DNA of 63,983 nucleotides, filler included, from Rhabdomonas costata (lineage: Eukaryota): assembly GCA_019059605.1 (NCBI GenBank). It is 27 parts of 27 records of this genome, joined end to end, with 100 filler letters (N's around TTAATTAATTAA, not from the genome) between each part and the next. Parts side by side here need not be neighbours in the genome. Positions count along the whole stretch, not along the records: positions 37,981 to 40,280 come from JAHMHO010004373.1; positions 40,381 to 42,650 come from JAHMHO010004374.1; positions 42,751 to 45,020 come from JAHMHO010004375.1; positions 45,121 to 47,392 come from JAHMHO010004376.1; positions 47,493 to 49,763 come from JAHMHO010004377.1; positions 49,864 to 52,133 come from JAHMHO010004378.1; 21 more parts are not named here. One strand, 5' to 3'. Position 1 is the first letter of the stretch; every line of letters starts with the position of its first letter. Below the pieces are notes generated by a model. That model was not told where the DNA came from. It did not search any database and saw only the letters and a program-made list of their open reading frames with translations. Below, piece after piece: positions 39,995 to 50,518 of the stretch. A program made the position numbers and the translations under genes.

Positions 39995-40066
39995 AACCCC
40001 TAAATCAAACCTAGCCTGGCCTAACCTAGCTTGACCTTGCCTAATCTTACCAAACCTGACCTAATA
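39995..40066. repeat. Degenerate pentamer repeat (AACCT/AGCCT)n; a (GT)n tract follows at 40145-40178
   Basis: Seen directly. Confidence 0.75.
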
Positions 40067-40143
40067 TTGTCCGCGTCACCTCAAAAAGGCACAACTTCCA
40101 AAAGTGTGCACTAAATCAGACGTTTTCGGACTTAGAAGCTAAT

Positions 40144-40179
<36 letters not shown>

Positions 40180-40489
40180 GGGCGCATTGCGCGCTGGCTG
40201 TTGCATGGTGGACTGGTTGACCGGTTGGTGGTGACCACTGGGGACTGACTGGCGCAATGCGCCCAACACACACACCCAACNNNNNNNNNNNNNNNNNNNN
40301 NNNNNNNNNNNNNNNNNNNNNNNNTTAATTAATTAANNNNNNNNNNNNNNNNNNNNNNNNNNNNNNNNNNNNNNNNNNNNGTGGTTGTTTTTTGGAAGTA
40401 ATTTTCCGACATCGGAATGCTCCTGACTCAACATGACGTTTGGTGAGGAACCTTCTGGCTTGTTCTCTCTTTGCCACCTTCTTCTGCAG

Positions 40490-40647
40490 GGAAGAATGGG
40501 CTTTTTGACGTAGCGGGCTCTGGAGTGGTTTGCATGGTGGGTGGCTTTGGGGCCCTGGTGGCAGCGTGGATGGTGGGCACCCGCCCCGCCCGGTTCTCCT
40601 ACTTCGGGCCCTACCGCCAGCCCGAGAGCCTATCTGGAGGCAACCAG
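40490..40647 (+). CDS. AMT: Ammonium transporter (Amt/Mep family), internal exon
   Basis: GLFDVAGSGVVCMVGGFGALVAAWMVGTRPARF matches the Amt signature DFAGSGVVHMVGG...GPRxGRF. AG/GT bounded. Confidence 0.88.
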
Positions 40648-40664
40648 GTTCCTGGATATAAAAC

Positions 40665-41085
40665 CAGGAAGAAACCCTCAGTACAACCTGAGGATCAGGG
40701 AACTTTGCCAGTCGCTGCAGTAATGCATGATGTTTGGACCGAACCTTGGGGTACGGCCGCATCCGAGCCAAACGGGGTCCCCAAAACGGGCTTTACCGAG
40801 CCCCAGTCTTACACATGAACGGGGGTGTCGTGTCCCACTCCTTGCGGGCTCCACACCTTGCACTTGGCGAGATTAACTCGAAGGCCGAGTTGCTGAGATT
40901 GGTGGTTAAGCTCCTGTATCACGCCAGTCAGGGAACTCGGCTCACCAGCTAAAACTCCGCCGTCGAGGTACCTTACCTGCCATTCTAGACCTGGCACTTC
41001 CCGGAGGCAGCTGATAGCTCGCTGAATGGCAAGAGGAAAGAAAGCGGGTCCCAGCGGGTCCCCTTGCTGGGTGCCTTGAGTGACC
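40665..41085 (-). mobile_element. Truncated CRE/SLACS-like reverse transcriptase, antisense within the Amt intron
   Basis: GTQQGDPLGPAFF...VRYLDGGVLAG...LGLRVNLAKCKVW...VLGTPFGS...LAKFPDPQ. YLDD has become YLDG, and a stop and a frameshift are present. Confidence 0.88.
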
Positions 41086-41654
41086 ACAAAACTCAGATTG
41101 GCAGAAAAGGGGCGAGGGTTGTCCGTGCCCTCAACGACCGCAGCCGTTATCTGGTCTTCTTCCTGCCCCTCCAGTGCGACCACAGGGAACTGGGGACGTT
41201 GCTTTGCCTTCCGCTGTCGGTGAGCGGCTTCGTCCCAAAGAGCCTGAACCTCGCCTGCTTCCCAGCGGCGAAACCGGGCGCGAAGAACCGAGACGAGACG
41301 CTTGACGCTTGTGGCACCTTCCCGCGTTGCGCCATTAGATTAATTGAAGTAAATTCAGAAAATGATGAAAACGAGGTACATACGCATCTTAAAAACATTT
41401 CCAAGCCTAATGTATAAAAATACAGAATATCCCAAAACAAAGAAGGTCAATAGACATGTATTATGGAACAGAAAAAATATTAGAAGAATTTGATACTCAT
41501 TCAAAATCGATAATTTAAAACACGTGATACCCTTAAAATATTGAAGAAGAGAAAACATTACAAGAATAGCAGAAAACAAAACAAAAAGAATTATTTACAT
41601 TGGGTATTATTTTGTAATGTTAATTTGGTAATTAACTTTTATATACCATAAATT

Positions 41655-41693
41655 GTGCATTTGTTTTTTTAATATATTAAAAAACAAATGCAC
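41655..41693. other. 39-nt AT-rich near-perfect palindrome (possible transcript-end hairpin)
   Basis: GTGCATTTG-T7-AATA/TATT-A6-CAAATGCAC, with one unpaired T. Confidence 0.8.
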
Positions 41694-41963
41694 GAATAAA
41701 ATAAAATATAAAAGAACGTAAAATACATATTAAATGAAACTATTTTTATATGGTATTCAATTTTTAACGGTATATCCGGTATATAGTACCAGTATATAGT
41801 ATAATGAAGACATATATTTTTATTCTCTTATAAAGATGCAAGAAAGTAAAAATGCATGCTTAAGGCAATACAGTTATATACCTAGAAGAACACATAAACG
41901 AAAACAAACAAAAAAGAAGAACTTCTCCTCCGGGGCGCCATCTATATGAACAGATACATCGTG

Positions 41964-42650
41964 CTAATTCGAATCGACAGTGTGAGCAGATGCGTATGCA
42001 GGGGCGTTCACTGGGGCGTTCGCAGAGGCATTCACAGGGGCGTTCGCAGGCAACAGCTGTCCCATAGGACGAATCTGAATTTGGAGATCTTTGCCAGTGC
42101 TTGGGACAGGCGGTTCAACGAATGGTCCAGGCGTAGTATTCTCGTCGACATCCGTATCCTGAAACAGCGATGTGAAGTAAGGAGGTGCCATCACGTAGAC
42201 GTAGAGCAGGATCAGATTGAAGCGTGCTCGACAAAATAGCGCGCGCTTCTAGTGTGATAGCTGAATTGCCTGAGAATTCGCCCCAAATCTTGGGCAGGCG
42301 TTCCTCGAACATCTGTCAAGAACGACTCGACCTCCGAAATTTCATTGTGTGGGTAGTCGTGAGGACACTCTGCAAATGCCACAATGTTTCGAAAATGTGC
42401 GATGCAGGAACGGCTCGTGAACAGTGGCTTGTTGAAACCTTGCAGCATGTCTTTGTTAAAAAAAAACTGAGCAAGCATACAACCCCACGCCCACATATTC
42501 GGCTGTATAGTCGCGAGTTTCCTCGCTCAAGAGGGTACCCGTCATGCCGTGGAAGGTGTGAAATCCTCCGAGTTTCACATTACAGCCAATATCAACCAAA
42601 ACGTACTCTGGCTTTGCCCAAAACCAACGCTGCACGATGGACAAAAAAAC
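41964..42650 (-). pseudogene. Intronless, frameshifted MAPK/CMGC-like Ser/Thr kinase relic
   Basis: IVQR...KPEYVLVDIGCNVKLGGF...DYTA..MWAWGCMLAQ...KPLF...EARAILSSTLQSDPALRL...PYF corresponds to kinase subdomains VIb-XI. HRD and DFG are corrupted and the activation loop is shortened. Confidence 0.72.
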
Positions 42651-43383
42651 NNNNNNNNNNNNNNNNNNNNNNNNNNNNNNNNNNNNNNNNNNNNTTAATT
42701 AATTAANNNNNNNNNNNNNNNNNNNNNNNNNNNNNNNNNNNNNNNNNNNNCCTTTTACTTTTTGTACGACCTGTGAAGGAGACAGGTTAATTCTGACCTG
42801 GGCTTCCTTTCGGCCATTCCACTGTGCAATGCTTGGTGGACTTCCGTTCATTTGAGAACGTCACTTCATTCCACTTAGCTCACCTTCATAGTTTCTCTTT
42901 GCCGCAATCTTTTTCTTATCCCTTGCTGTGCACAATTCCATTGCGTGGTTTCTTACATAGCTGCTGGTTGTCAATCGCCGGCCATTTTTTGTTGCTTACC
43001 TGGAACCTCTGTACCCTCCTCCGACAGTCCGTTACAGATGTGGTGAGGATTTTTTGGGTTCCAACTGTATCTGGACAGCAGGGTTGCGTTAATTCCAGGG
43101 GTTCTTTTAGAATGGCACCACGCAATGTTCGTTGGGGGTACTCTCCGCTTAAATTTACAGTTTGCTACCATCTTGCCAGGTTCGTTTACCAATGAAGCAA
43201 AATGTGATAGTTTCTTTGGAATATCGCAAAATCTGTCTTCATTATTGCCTAAGACTGCACGTCCTTCACAAGATGCTGCCTTTCTTTGTGTTGTGTGCGT
43301 GGCATATGGGGCAATATATTTCAGTAATCTCTGTTAAACCAACTCTTTGTCTTTGTGTGTACAGGTTCGTTTTGGTTTTGAGT

Positions 43384-45020
43384 ATGGGCAGCGGGATATC
43401 CAACAGCTTTTTAGCCTCTCAGTATGAGAAGAAAGCCCGAAAGAGCGGATGTGTTCCATCCGAATTGCCTTTTGCAATGAAGTCGAATACCCGGGCCTAC
43501 AACCAATCGTACGACTTTGCGATCGAAGGAAAGCCTCCCAATGTCTTTCTGTGGTATAGGCACCGTTTTTTGCCAGTCTCTCCGCAGTCTTCCCAACCAA
43601 CCCTAGCAGTTCATGGAAGCCCTTGTTTTACCGAGGTCACAAGTCAGATTCCTACCCCTGCTTCCTTTCTGCTGACGGCTGCAACCTCATTGTTTTGGAT
43701 CAGCGCGGAAGCGTCGCCTACAGAAAGGTTATTGCGGAGTCCAGAGATGCCGATACATTTAAATACGCGTGGCACGAGCTTTTCGAGTCCGACTCGGCGG
43801 TGCAAGTTTCGGGCTGGAACAAAACCTGGTTCTCTCTTCCTGTAGTTGCCCCACTGGTGAATCTTTTCGAGGACCCTGACCTCCGCCTACCCTGCCCTGC
43901 AACCGGAAATTCAGGTAAGATCACCTTCGAGGAGCTCGTAGCTGCTGTCGCGATAAGCCACCGAGGAGACTTGGTTTTCCAGATGGACAGCGAGAGCAGT
44001 CCAATTCCGATTTACCTCGATTTCCTTGGCGGCACGACAACCCTTTACGCTCTTCTTCCTACGATGCGAACCTTCCGGTACTTCGACCCGTATGCGCCGC
44101 TGGAGTCCCGGCTCTTTGTGCACCTACCAGAGACCCAAAACACCATCTTCACCGCGGTTACGTTCGGGGCCAGTGGGGGAACCCTTCTTGTTCTTGGCTA
44201 TTGCCTGGACTCCAGAACGAAACAGAAGGAGCTTCAAGTGCTCACTCGTCTGTGGGATGCCGACCTCTCGGGAAACACCCCTTACCGAAGCTACGCATAC
44301 CTTCCAGACGAGGACAGCCCCAAGAAGTATGTCCTCCCGTTTTCAAGCTGGAAGCAGCACCCTCTACTTCTGCAAGTGGAAGGTGGAAAACTCATCCCCT
44401 TCTCTGAAGCTGGAGCGGGAGTTACTGGAAAGCTTACCATTGCCACCACAGGGATGGGCAACGATGCCAAGGATCTGTTTCTGGAGGGCGTGCTCACCCG
44501 CCCTAGTGAAAATCCAAAGTTGGGATACTTCAAGAAGACAGGGCTATCACAGAAAGGGTGGCAGTTTGTGGAGTCGGCTCAAGGCGAAGCTCCCATGCAG
44601 ACCCTGCCCTTGAGTGCGGCATACGACGAAGTCAAGGAGGGATGGAAAAATGAGGTGTTTGAGTACCGTGGTACCCTGGAGATCACCAACCGTTCGCTCA
44701 TAGGCGGTGACCTGCAAACGTCACTGCCTGTCTTAATGACTGGGACCTCTCCCCGTACCGAGCACAGTACCCTCATTATTCTTCATCGCAACGAGGACCC
44801 CAGCAGCATTACCGCAGAGGAGGCTGTGCTGAAGCCGGAGCTTCGGCATCGCTGCCTTGAGCTGTTTCAAGCGCCGAGCTGCTTCGAGTTCCTCCCCAAG
44901 GTGCCCTTCTTGGATGACTACACCTTCTCCCTGGTCATTCGAGATGAATTGATGGCACCAAACTTGGTCCAGTCCTTCATTCCTGACTTCGAGTCACTCT
45001 CCGCTTCTGAAAAGCTGGCT
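43384..45020 (+). CDS. Large hypothetical protein with bacterial-like motifs and N-terminal MGSGIS; 3'-truncated by the contig end
   Basis: About 1.4 kb of stop-free frame (43602-45020), preceded by a 5' frame starting at ATG 43384. The frames can be joined by a ~47-53 nt intron ending at AG 43605-43606 or by a 1-nt indel. An AG acceptor lies about 20 nt upstream of the ATG. Confidence 0.8.
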
Positions 45021-45126
45021 NNNNNNNNNNNNNNNNNNNNNNNNNNNNNNNNNNNNNNNNNNNNTTAATTAATTAANNNNNNNNNNNNNNNNNNNNNNNN
45101 NNNNNNNNNNNNNNNNNNNNTTTTTG

Positions 45127-45317
45127 TGTTCCTCTTTTTCTTTTCTTCACATCGTACACCAAACGAATATAACAAAACTCACGTATCTACAAACATTTGG
45201 GGTCCCCCATTGGCTTTACTGCAATCGGCTGCACTGGGGGACCCCAAATGTTTGTAGATACGTGAGTTTTGTTATATTCGTTTGGTGTACGATGTGAAGA
45301 AAAGAAAAAGAGGAACA
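45127..45317. repeat. Perfect inverted repeat at contig start (83-bp arms, 25-nt loop)
   Basis: 45127-45209 is the reverse complement of 45235-45317. Confidence 0.95.
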
Positions 45318-46308
45318 GAAAAGATGGGGAAACAAAATACAGGGGTCGTGTGGGATGAAACACGTGTTGATGCAAAAGGAAAGTATAACTGGAGCAAAGG
45401 CTGGAGGCGCATGCGCCGCATGGCATAGTAAAGTGGAGGCGCGAACAGGGGGTGGTGGAGAGTATTGGGTGCATCCTGCAAATTACAGCACTTGCAGCAC
45501 GTTTTATATCAAAAAACTTGGCAGCAATGACTTCACCGTGCGTTCCCCCGTCAAAAATGACGCCAAAACTATTCGAGGAAAACCCAGCGGACGAGTCTTC
45601 CAATTCGGAGCCTCGGTATAATCCGGGCTTGAATCTAGCCGCCCATTCACTCCCTCTTCCAGCCAGTCACACAGCACGCTCAGGTCTAGCTTTCTCTTAC
45701 ATGAGCATTTTGCGCCCTTTACTCGACTCTCTCTGGTTGATTCTCTCTGGTTGACCACCCTTTCAGGGCACAACGATTACAGCCGCTGATTATCGCAGCG
45801 GCAATGTCGCGCTGCTCACCACCGGTGCTGGCCACCGATGATTTGGTGGGGTTTAGGTAGGGATAAACCTGTTCCTGGATTCGAATAAAAGGTGTGGTGG
45901 CATTTTGTGTCCTTCGGATTCACGTGAGAGGCAATGCAGAGGAAAAGGTGTTACAGGAAAGTGGCCTGGCACACTCTCTCTCCGGAGTTCCTCCGAGCTC
46001 AGCAATCAAATAATGGAGACAAAAGTGACATCTGGCCGGTGGGAGATTTTGTGTGCGTGTGTGTGTTTTTGTTTGAAGTGTGTTTGCTAGAGAGTGGGGG
46101 TTGAGTAAGTGTACGTACGAAGACTCAGATGTCAACACATTAAAGCAAATGTTGCAAGAGCGGAGGGGTGCAAATGACACACCTTAAAGTGCTGTCATGT
46201 CGAGCAACAGAAAACACAGAAGGAGCTTGGGTAGATCACGGAAGTCCGGTCAACCCACTGACTGTCACCTCTTTTTCGCCTGCTTCAATGGCACTGCAGG
46301 CAACACGC

Positions 46309-46497
46309 TCACTTGTTTAGCACCCGCAGCACCCCGTCCCGAGGCGGAGAGCAGGCCCGACGCCCTCCCTCTCCCGCGCCGCACTGCTCCAACATCTCTC
46401 GGGAGGGCCCGTCTGAGGGCACCAGCCGCGCGGCCTCCGCGAAGTGAGACCGCGCCGCCTCCAGGCCACCGCCCCCTTCCAGGAACAGTGCCAGGCC
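46309..46497 (-). CDS. Terminal exon of a class III adenylate cyclase (C-terminal TPR-like tail)
   Basis: ag|GLALFLEGGGGLEAARSHFAEAARLVPSDGPSREMLEQC...PPRDGVLRVLNK* fits the GLxxY...AxxxF...PxDxPS...C...WDGVxxLxxK* cyclase tail. It is missed by the ORF track. Confidence 0.75.
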   Translation of the reverse strand, partial: GLALFLEGGGGLEAARSHFAEAARLVPSDGPSREMLEQCGAGEGGRRACSPPRDGVLRVLNK

Positions 46498-47492
46498 CTA
46501 TATCATTCGCATATGGACAGCAGCTCGCACAGTTCGCTGGCCAATGGTGTAGACCAACTAGGGCCGAAAAAGCACGGTAGAGAATAGTCTTATGGCACCA
46601 CTTGACTTATTGACCATGAACAGCATTCGCTTCTTCCACGGAAGCAGCAAATCAGCATCCCCGATGTACCTGACCACCACGAGCCACAGATCAGAAGGCC
46701 CCACATCCAGAGCGTACCCACAGCGCGTTTCTCGGGGCTCAATGACTGACTGACTGTGATCACCACCCAGCTAGTCGTTAACGATGTAGCAAAGGCTGAA
46801 TTGAGGAGACATGCACAACCTCTATGAACTGCAGAGGATGCCCACTTTTTTGTCTCAGGCCTTGGACGGAGATATTTTGGAGGCGAAGGCCAGACACGAT
46901 GCGGTCGGAACCACCCCACTCCGGAGAGAGTAGCGCCCACACCCTAAGTTTGCTCGTCGAATTTCAGCCTAAACCTGCGGGTGGATCATTTGAAATGGGG
47001 ACAAGGCAAAGGCGGCAATAAAGTCATCTCAGGGTTCCAAGGTTTGTAAGCCTCTTCTTCCTGAGTGACTATTTGTTTTCTGTGGTGTTTACTCTTTCGT
47101 CTCACCCGAAACAAAGAGCAAAAGTGGACGTCTTCAGTAGAAACAAAACCTGCACATGACAACAGCAAAGTCTTCCTGAGCGACTATGTCTTTTTTTCTT
47201 TGATGAGATCACTCTTTGGGTCGACAGGCGGCGTACTTCACTTCTTCCTGCGGGGATGGCTGAAAATGGGGGCGACCAGCATCATTGCTGGTCCTTCCAC
47301 ACAGTCAGCAGTTACGCAGTTACGCAACACCACTAGAGGCGAAGACCCAACATTAGATTCTGGTTCGCTTGTGCCGCGTGTTACGTCTGCCTNNNNNNNN
47401 NNNNNNNNNNNNNNNNNNNNNNNNNNNNNNNNNNNNTTAATTAATTAANNNNNNNNNNNNNNNNNNNNNNNNNNNNNNNNNNNNNNNNNNNN

Positions 47493-49646
47493 GGGTGTGT
47501 TGCCTGGCTGGAGCCGCGCTTGTGGTTCTTGTAATTCTGCTGAACCTTTTTTCTGGGGAGAGGATCGATGTTACCCAGAAGGGACACCCCGTCGCCTCCG
47601 CTGCCACGAAGAGCTCTGCCTCTGGTCCGCTTGGGGTGGAACTGCGGGTTATCAACGCCTACGTGATTAATCACAACAACAGCGCGCGGTGGAGCTGGAT
47701 GCGCAGGCTGGCCACCCAGAGTGGGCTGTCCCCTGTACGCCACCCCTCGTTTGACATGGGCTCCAGCTTGCCTCTGGTGCAGGCCTCCTTCTTCGGTGAG
47801 CTTCGGCCCAGCCCCCTGCAAGCCCTTCCCGGGCTGAACACGAACGCGTGGAGGGCGGCTGCGGTGACAATGTCGCACATTTCTGCGTACAATAGAATTG
47901 CTACGGGTGTACAGCTCACCCCACAACTTCTGAAGCGCACAGCACCTGTCCGCGAGGGGGGTGGGGGGTGGATGTGGCGTGTTCGAGCAAATCATTGGGC
48001 AAGGCCCGGGGCAAATGTCCCCCCACCCCTCATTCTGCACACTGGGAGCGGTTTCTTTTTGCATTTGTGCATTTTTTTCTTGTCGCTGCAACGAACCAAC
48101 TCGAATTCAAATAGCACGCATTTGATTTCGAGTTTTTAACAAGCTTGAACAAGCTACTTGGAAGATCAAACCGTCCTTTGTGCTCCGTGGCGTCCTTGCA
48201 GATCCTCGCATCGAAGAGCGCGATTGGAGTGTTGTGTTTGAGGACGACTGCGACTTCACGTCGCCCATGTTCCGGGCCCCTGGGGTTGCGGAGCGGGTGA
48301 TTCGGGAGGGCTTGCGGGCTGCAGAGGAGTTGGGGTACTGTGCTTTCTTTTGCTGCCGAATTCTCTCTCTGGGGTCCTTTCCTGTACCTTTGCAATCGTT
48401 TGGCACCCCACGCCCACATCTCCGAGGGGAGAGAGGCTCTACCCTGCTCCTGAGGACGCTAAATGACACACATAGGCAAGCAAGATGGGATTGTTTTTGT
48501 CACCCTAAGGCAATAATCTCCACACTGCAAGCAAAAGCAAAGCGTACGCATCAGTTGCTTTAATCTCGCTCCTGACTCACTCACATCAGCCATCCGATGG
48601 TTTACTTGGGGCTGTGCTACGTGGACTGCGGGCCTTCTACCCGGCATGTAGAGCTGCGGACGCCTGGAATGGCGTACCGGTCTCCATGCCGCGGGAAGTG
48701 CGCTCACGCCTACGCCCTCACGAAGGCATTTGCTCGGGTTGCATGGGCAACCATGCGGGACTTCCGTTACCGGTGAGTATCAGTGGGAATGTGCCGTTTG
48801 GGTCGCACCTTTTTTTTGCGGTCGTTTCTTTTCGCAGAGGGGCATTTTTTTTGGTTTCTCAGTCGTCGTCTTCGCTATAAAACGGAATATTTATTCCGGT
48901 GAGTCAGATTCCTCAATAAGAATGGGAAAACATTTTGGGGGGGGGTTGGGTTTGGCTTTCTTTCAGGCGGTGAGTTTCCATCCCGGAGATGTTTGATTGG
49001 TCTTTAGCGCAATGTTGAGCTTCCCAGTATCCTTTTATTTCAGGAATCCATGCCTGGGTATGAAGCAGAAGCACTGCAAGTCCCAATGGCTCAGCAAAGG
49101 GGGAAGGATGTGCTGTCAGAACGACACCAGGGAGCTGGCGCAGTGGGTGCCTGACCCAAACTTTGGTACCTTATATCCTCTCTGTACCTCTTCGCTTCTT
49201 TTTCCTTTCAGGTTTTACTGCACCAGTACGCCTCTTTTTGCTTTGCGTGTTCTTTTTTTCTTCAGCTTTTTAGGGTAAGAAGGCTAAATGGAAGACACTG
49301 ACACGCGATCATGTTCACTCTGTCCAAGAGACAGTCTTGGATCAGGGATTATCATGTCGATTATTATCGGTTGCTATTATTATGGGCTATGACCTATGGT
49401 TGTAAATGGTCGTGGGGGAGCTTCCAGGTTCTGCTCTCCTTTCTTTGCAGAGCCCAGCGTATCTCTGGTTCTTCCACAGGCCAGGACTGGGGCCCAGACT
49501 CGTGGATGCGGGTGTACTGCACGGCCCACCCCTGTGGCACAGTGTGGGGCCCCTCGGCTCGACTGGGGCTGTTCCGGCAGGCCCGGAGCACCTTTGGCTC
49601 CATGGTGTGGGATCAGAAGCATCAAGGCTTCCATTCCGGTGGTTGA
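47493..49646 (+). CDS. GT25-like glycosyltransferase, type II membrane protein (exons to 47906, 48202-48334, 48590-48772, probably ~49043-49146, from 49451)
   Basis: TM segment, NAYVINH...R, AVTMSHISAYNRIA, WSVVFEDDCDF, MVYLGLC, CAHAYALTK, GLFRQAR. The frame of the last exon is ambiguous. Confidence 0.75.
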
Positions 49647-50518
49647 CATCGCCACATCCCCCCAACTGCTGTACTCCTGTGTACTTTAAGCGCTGCCGTT
49701 CGTTGGGGAGTGCCTCTGGGGTCGTGCCGAAGCACAGAGCTGCTTATGCGTTTCTCCACAACCNNNNNNNNNNNNNNNNNNNNNNNNNNNNNNNNNNNNN
49801 NNNNNNNTTAATTAATTAANNNNNNNNNNNNNNNNNNNNNNNNNNNNNNNNNNNNNNNNNNNNGGTGTGGGTTGCACAGCAGGGTTGCGCTCATGTTGGA
49901 AGGATCCTAACGCAAGGGGCGGGTTACTGTCGTTCACCAAAAAAGAAACCTCAATAGGCAGATACATCAATAGGCAGAAACCGGCACTGCGGGAAACGAA
50001 TTGCAAGCTGGATGGCATAAGAGATCTGAATTGGGCAAAGGCGTGATATAGGCTCAAACTGAGCCTCAGGGTTTCCTCTTAAATCCACAACTCCGCCTTC
50101 TGAGAGAACTCGGATGTGGGACACGTGCGCAGCAACGGTGATGCGCTCAGGTAGCTCCAAGCAAGCCAATCCATACAAACCGTTCACTGACGATACAGAG
50201 ACACATTATCCGACCACTCATTCACCCTCCCCCGCCTCTCCTGCCCTTCCCGTGCAAAGGGGGCCAGACCGACCTCTGCACACCCGCCCTTCCACAAAGA
50301 AAAGGACACCGAAGAAGATGTACAACACAGAGAGAGAAAGGGATTGAGCGGGGCAAAGGAGCATCTCAAGAAGCCTGGGATACGGCCCCAGGACACAACA
50401 TCTCCTATCTCACAAATGCCATCCCAGAACCTATTGCCAAATCACCAATCCGCATCAGAAGCGGAGGAAAGGTGAGAAGCTTGCGGTCCGGATACCTCCC
50501 ACGGAAAGAGCTGCAGCT

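Noticed and set aside
46972..46990. AACCTGCGGGTGGATCATT resembling the 3' end of SSU rRNA
   Set aside because: Only about 19 nt match. The upstream helix-45 sequence (GTAACAAGG...GTAGGTG) is absent.
48722..48772. GC donor after ...YALTK in the GT25-like gene
   Set aside because: The frame stays open to a canonical GTGAGT donor at 48773.
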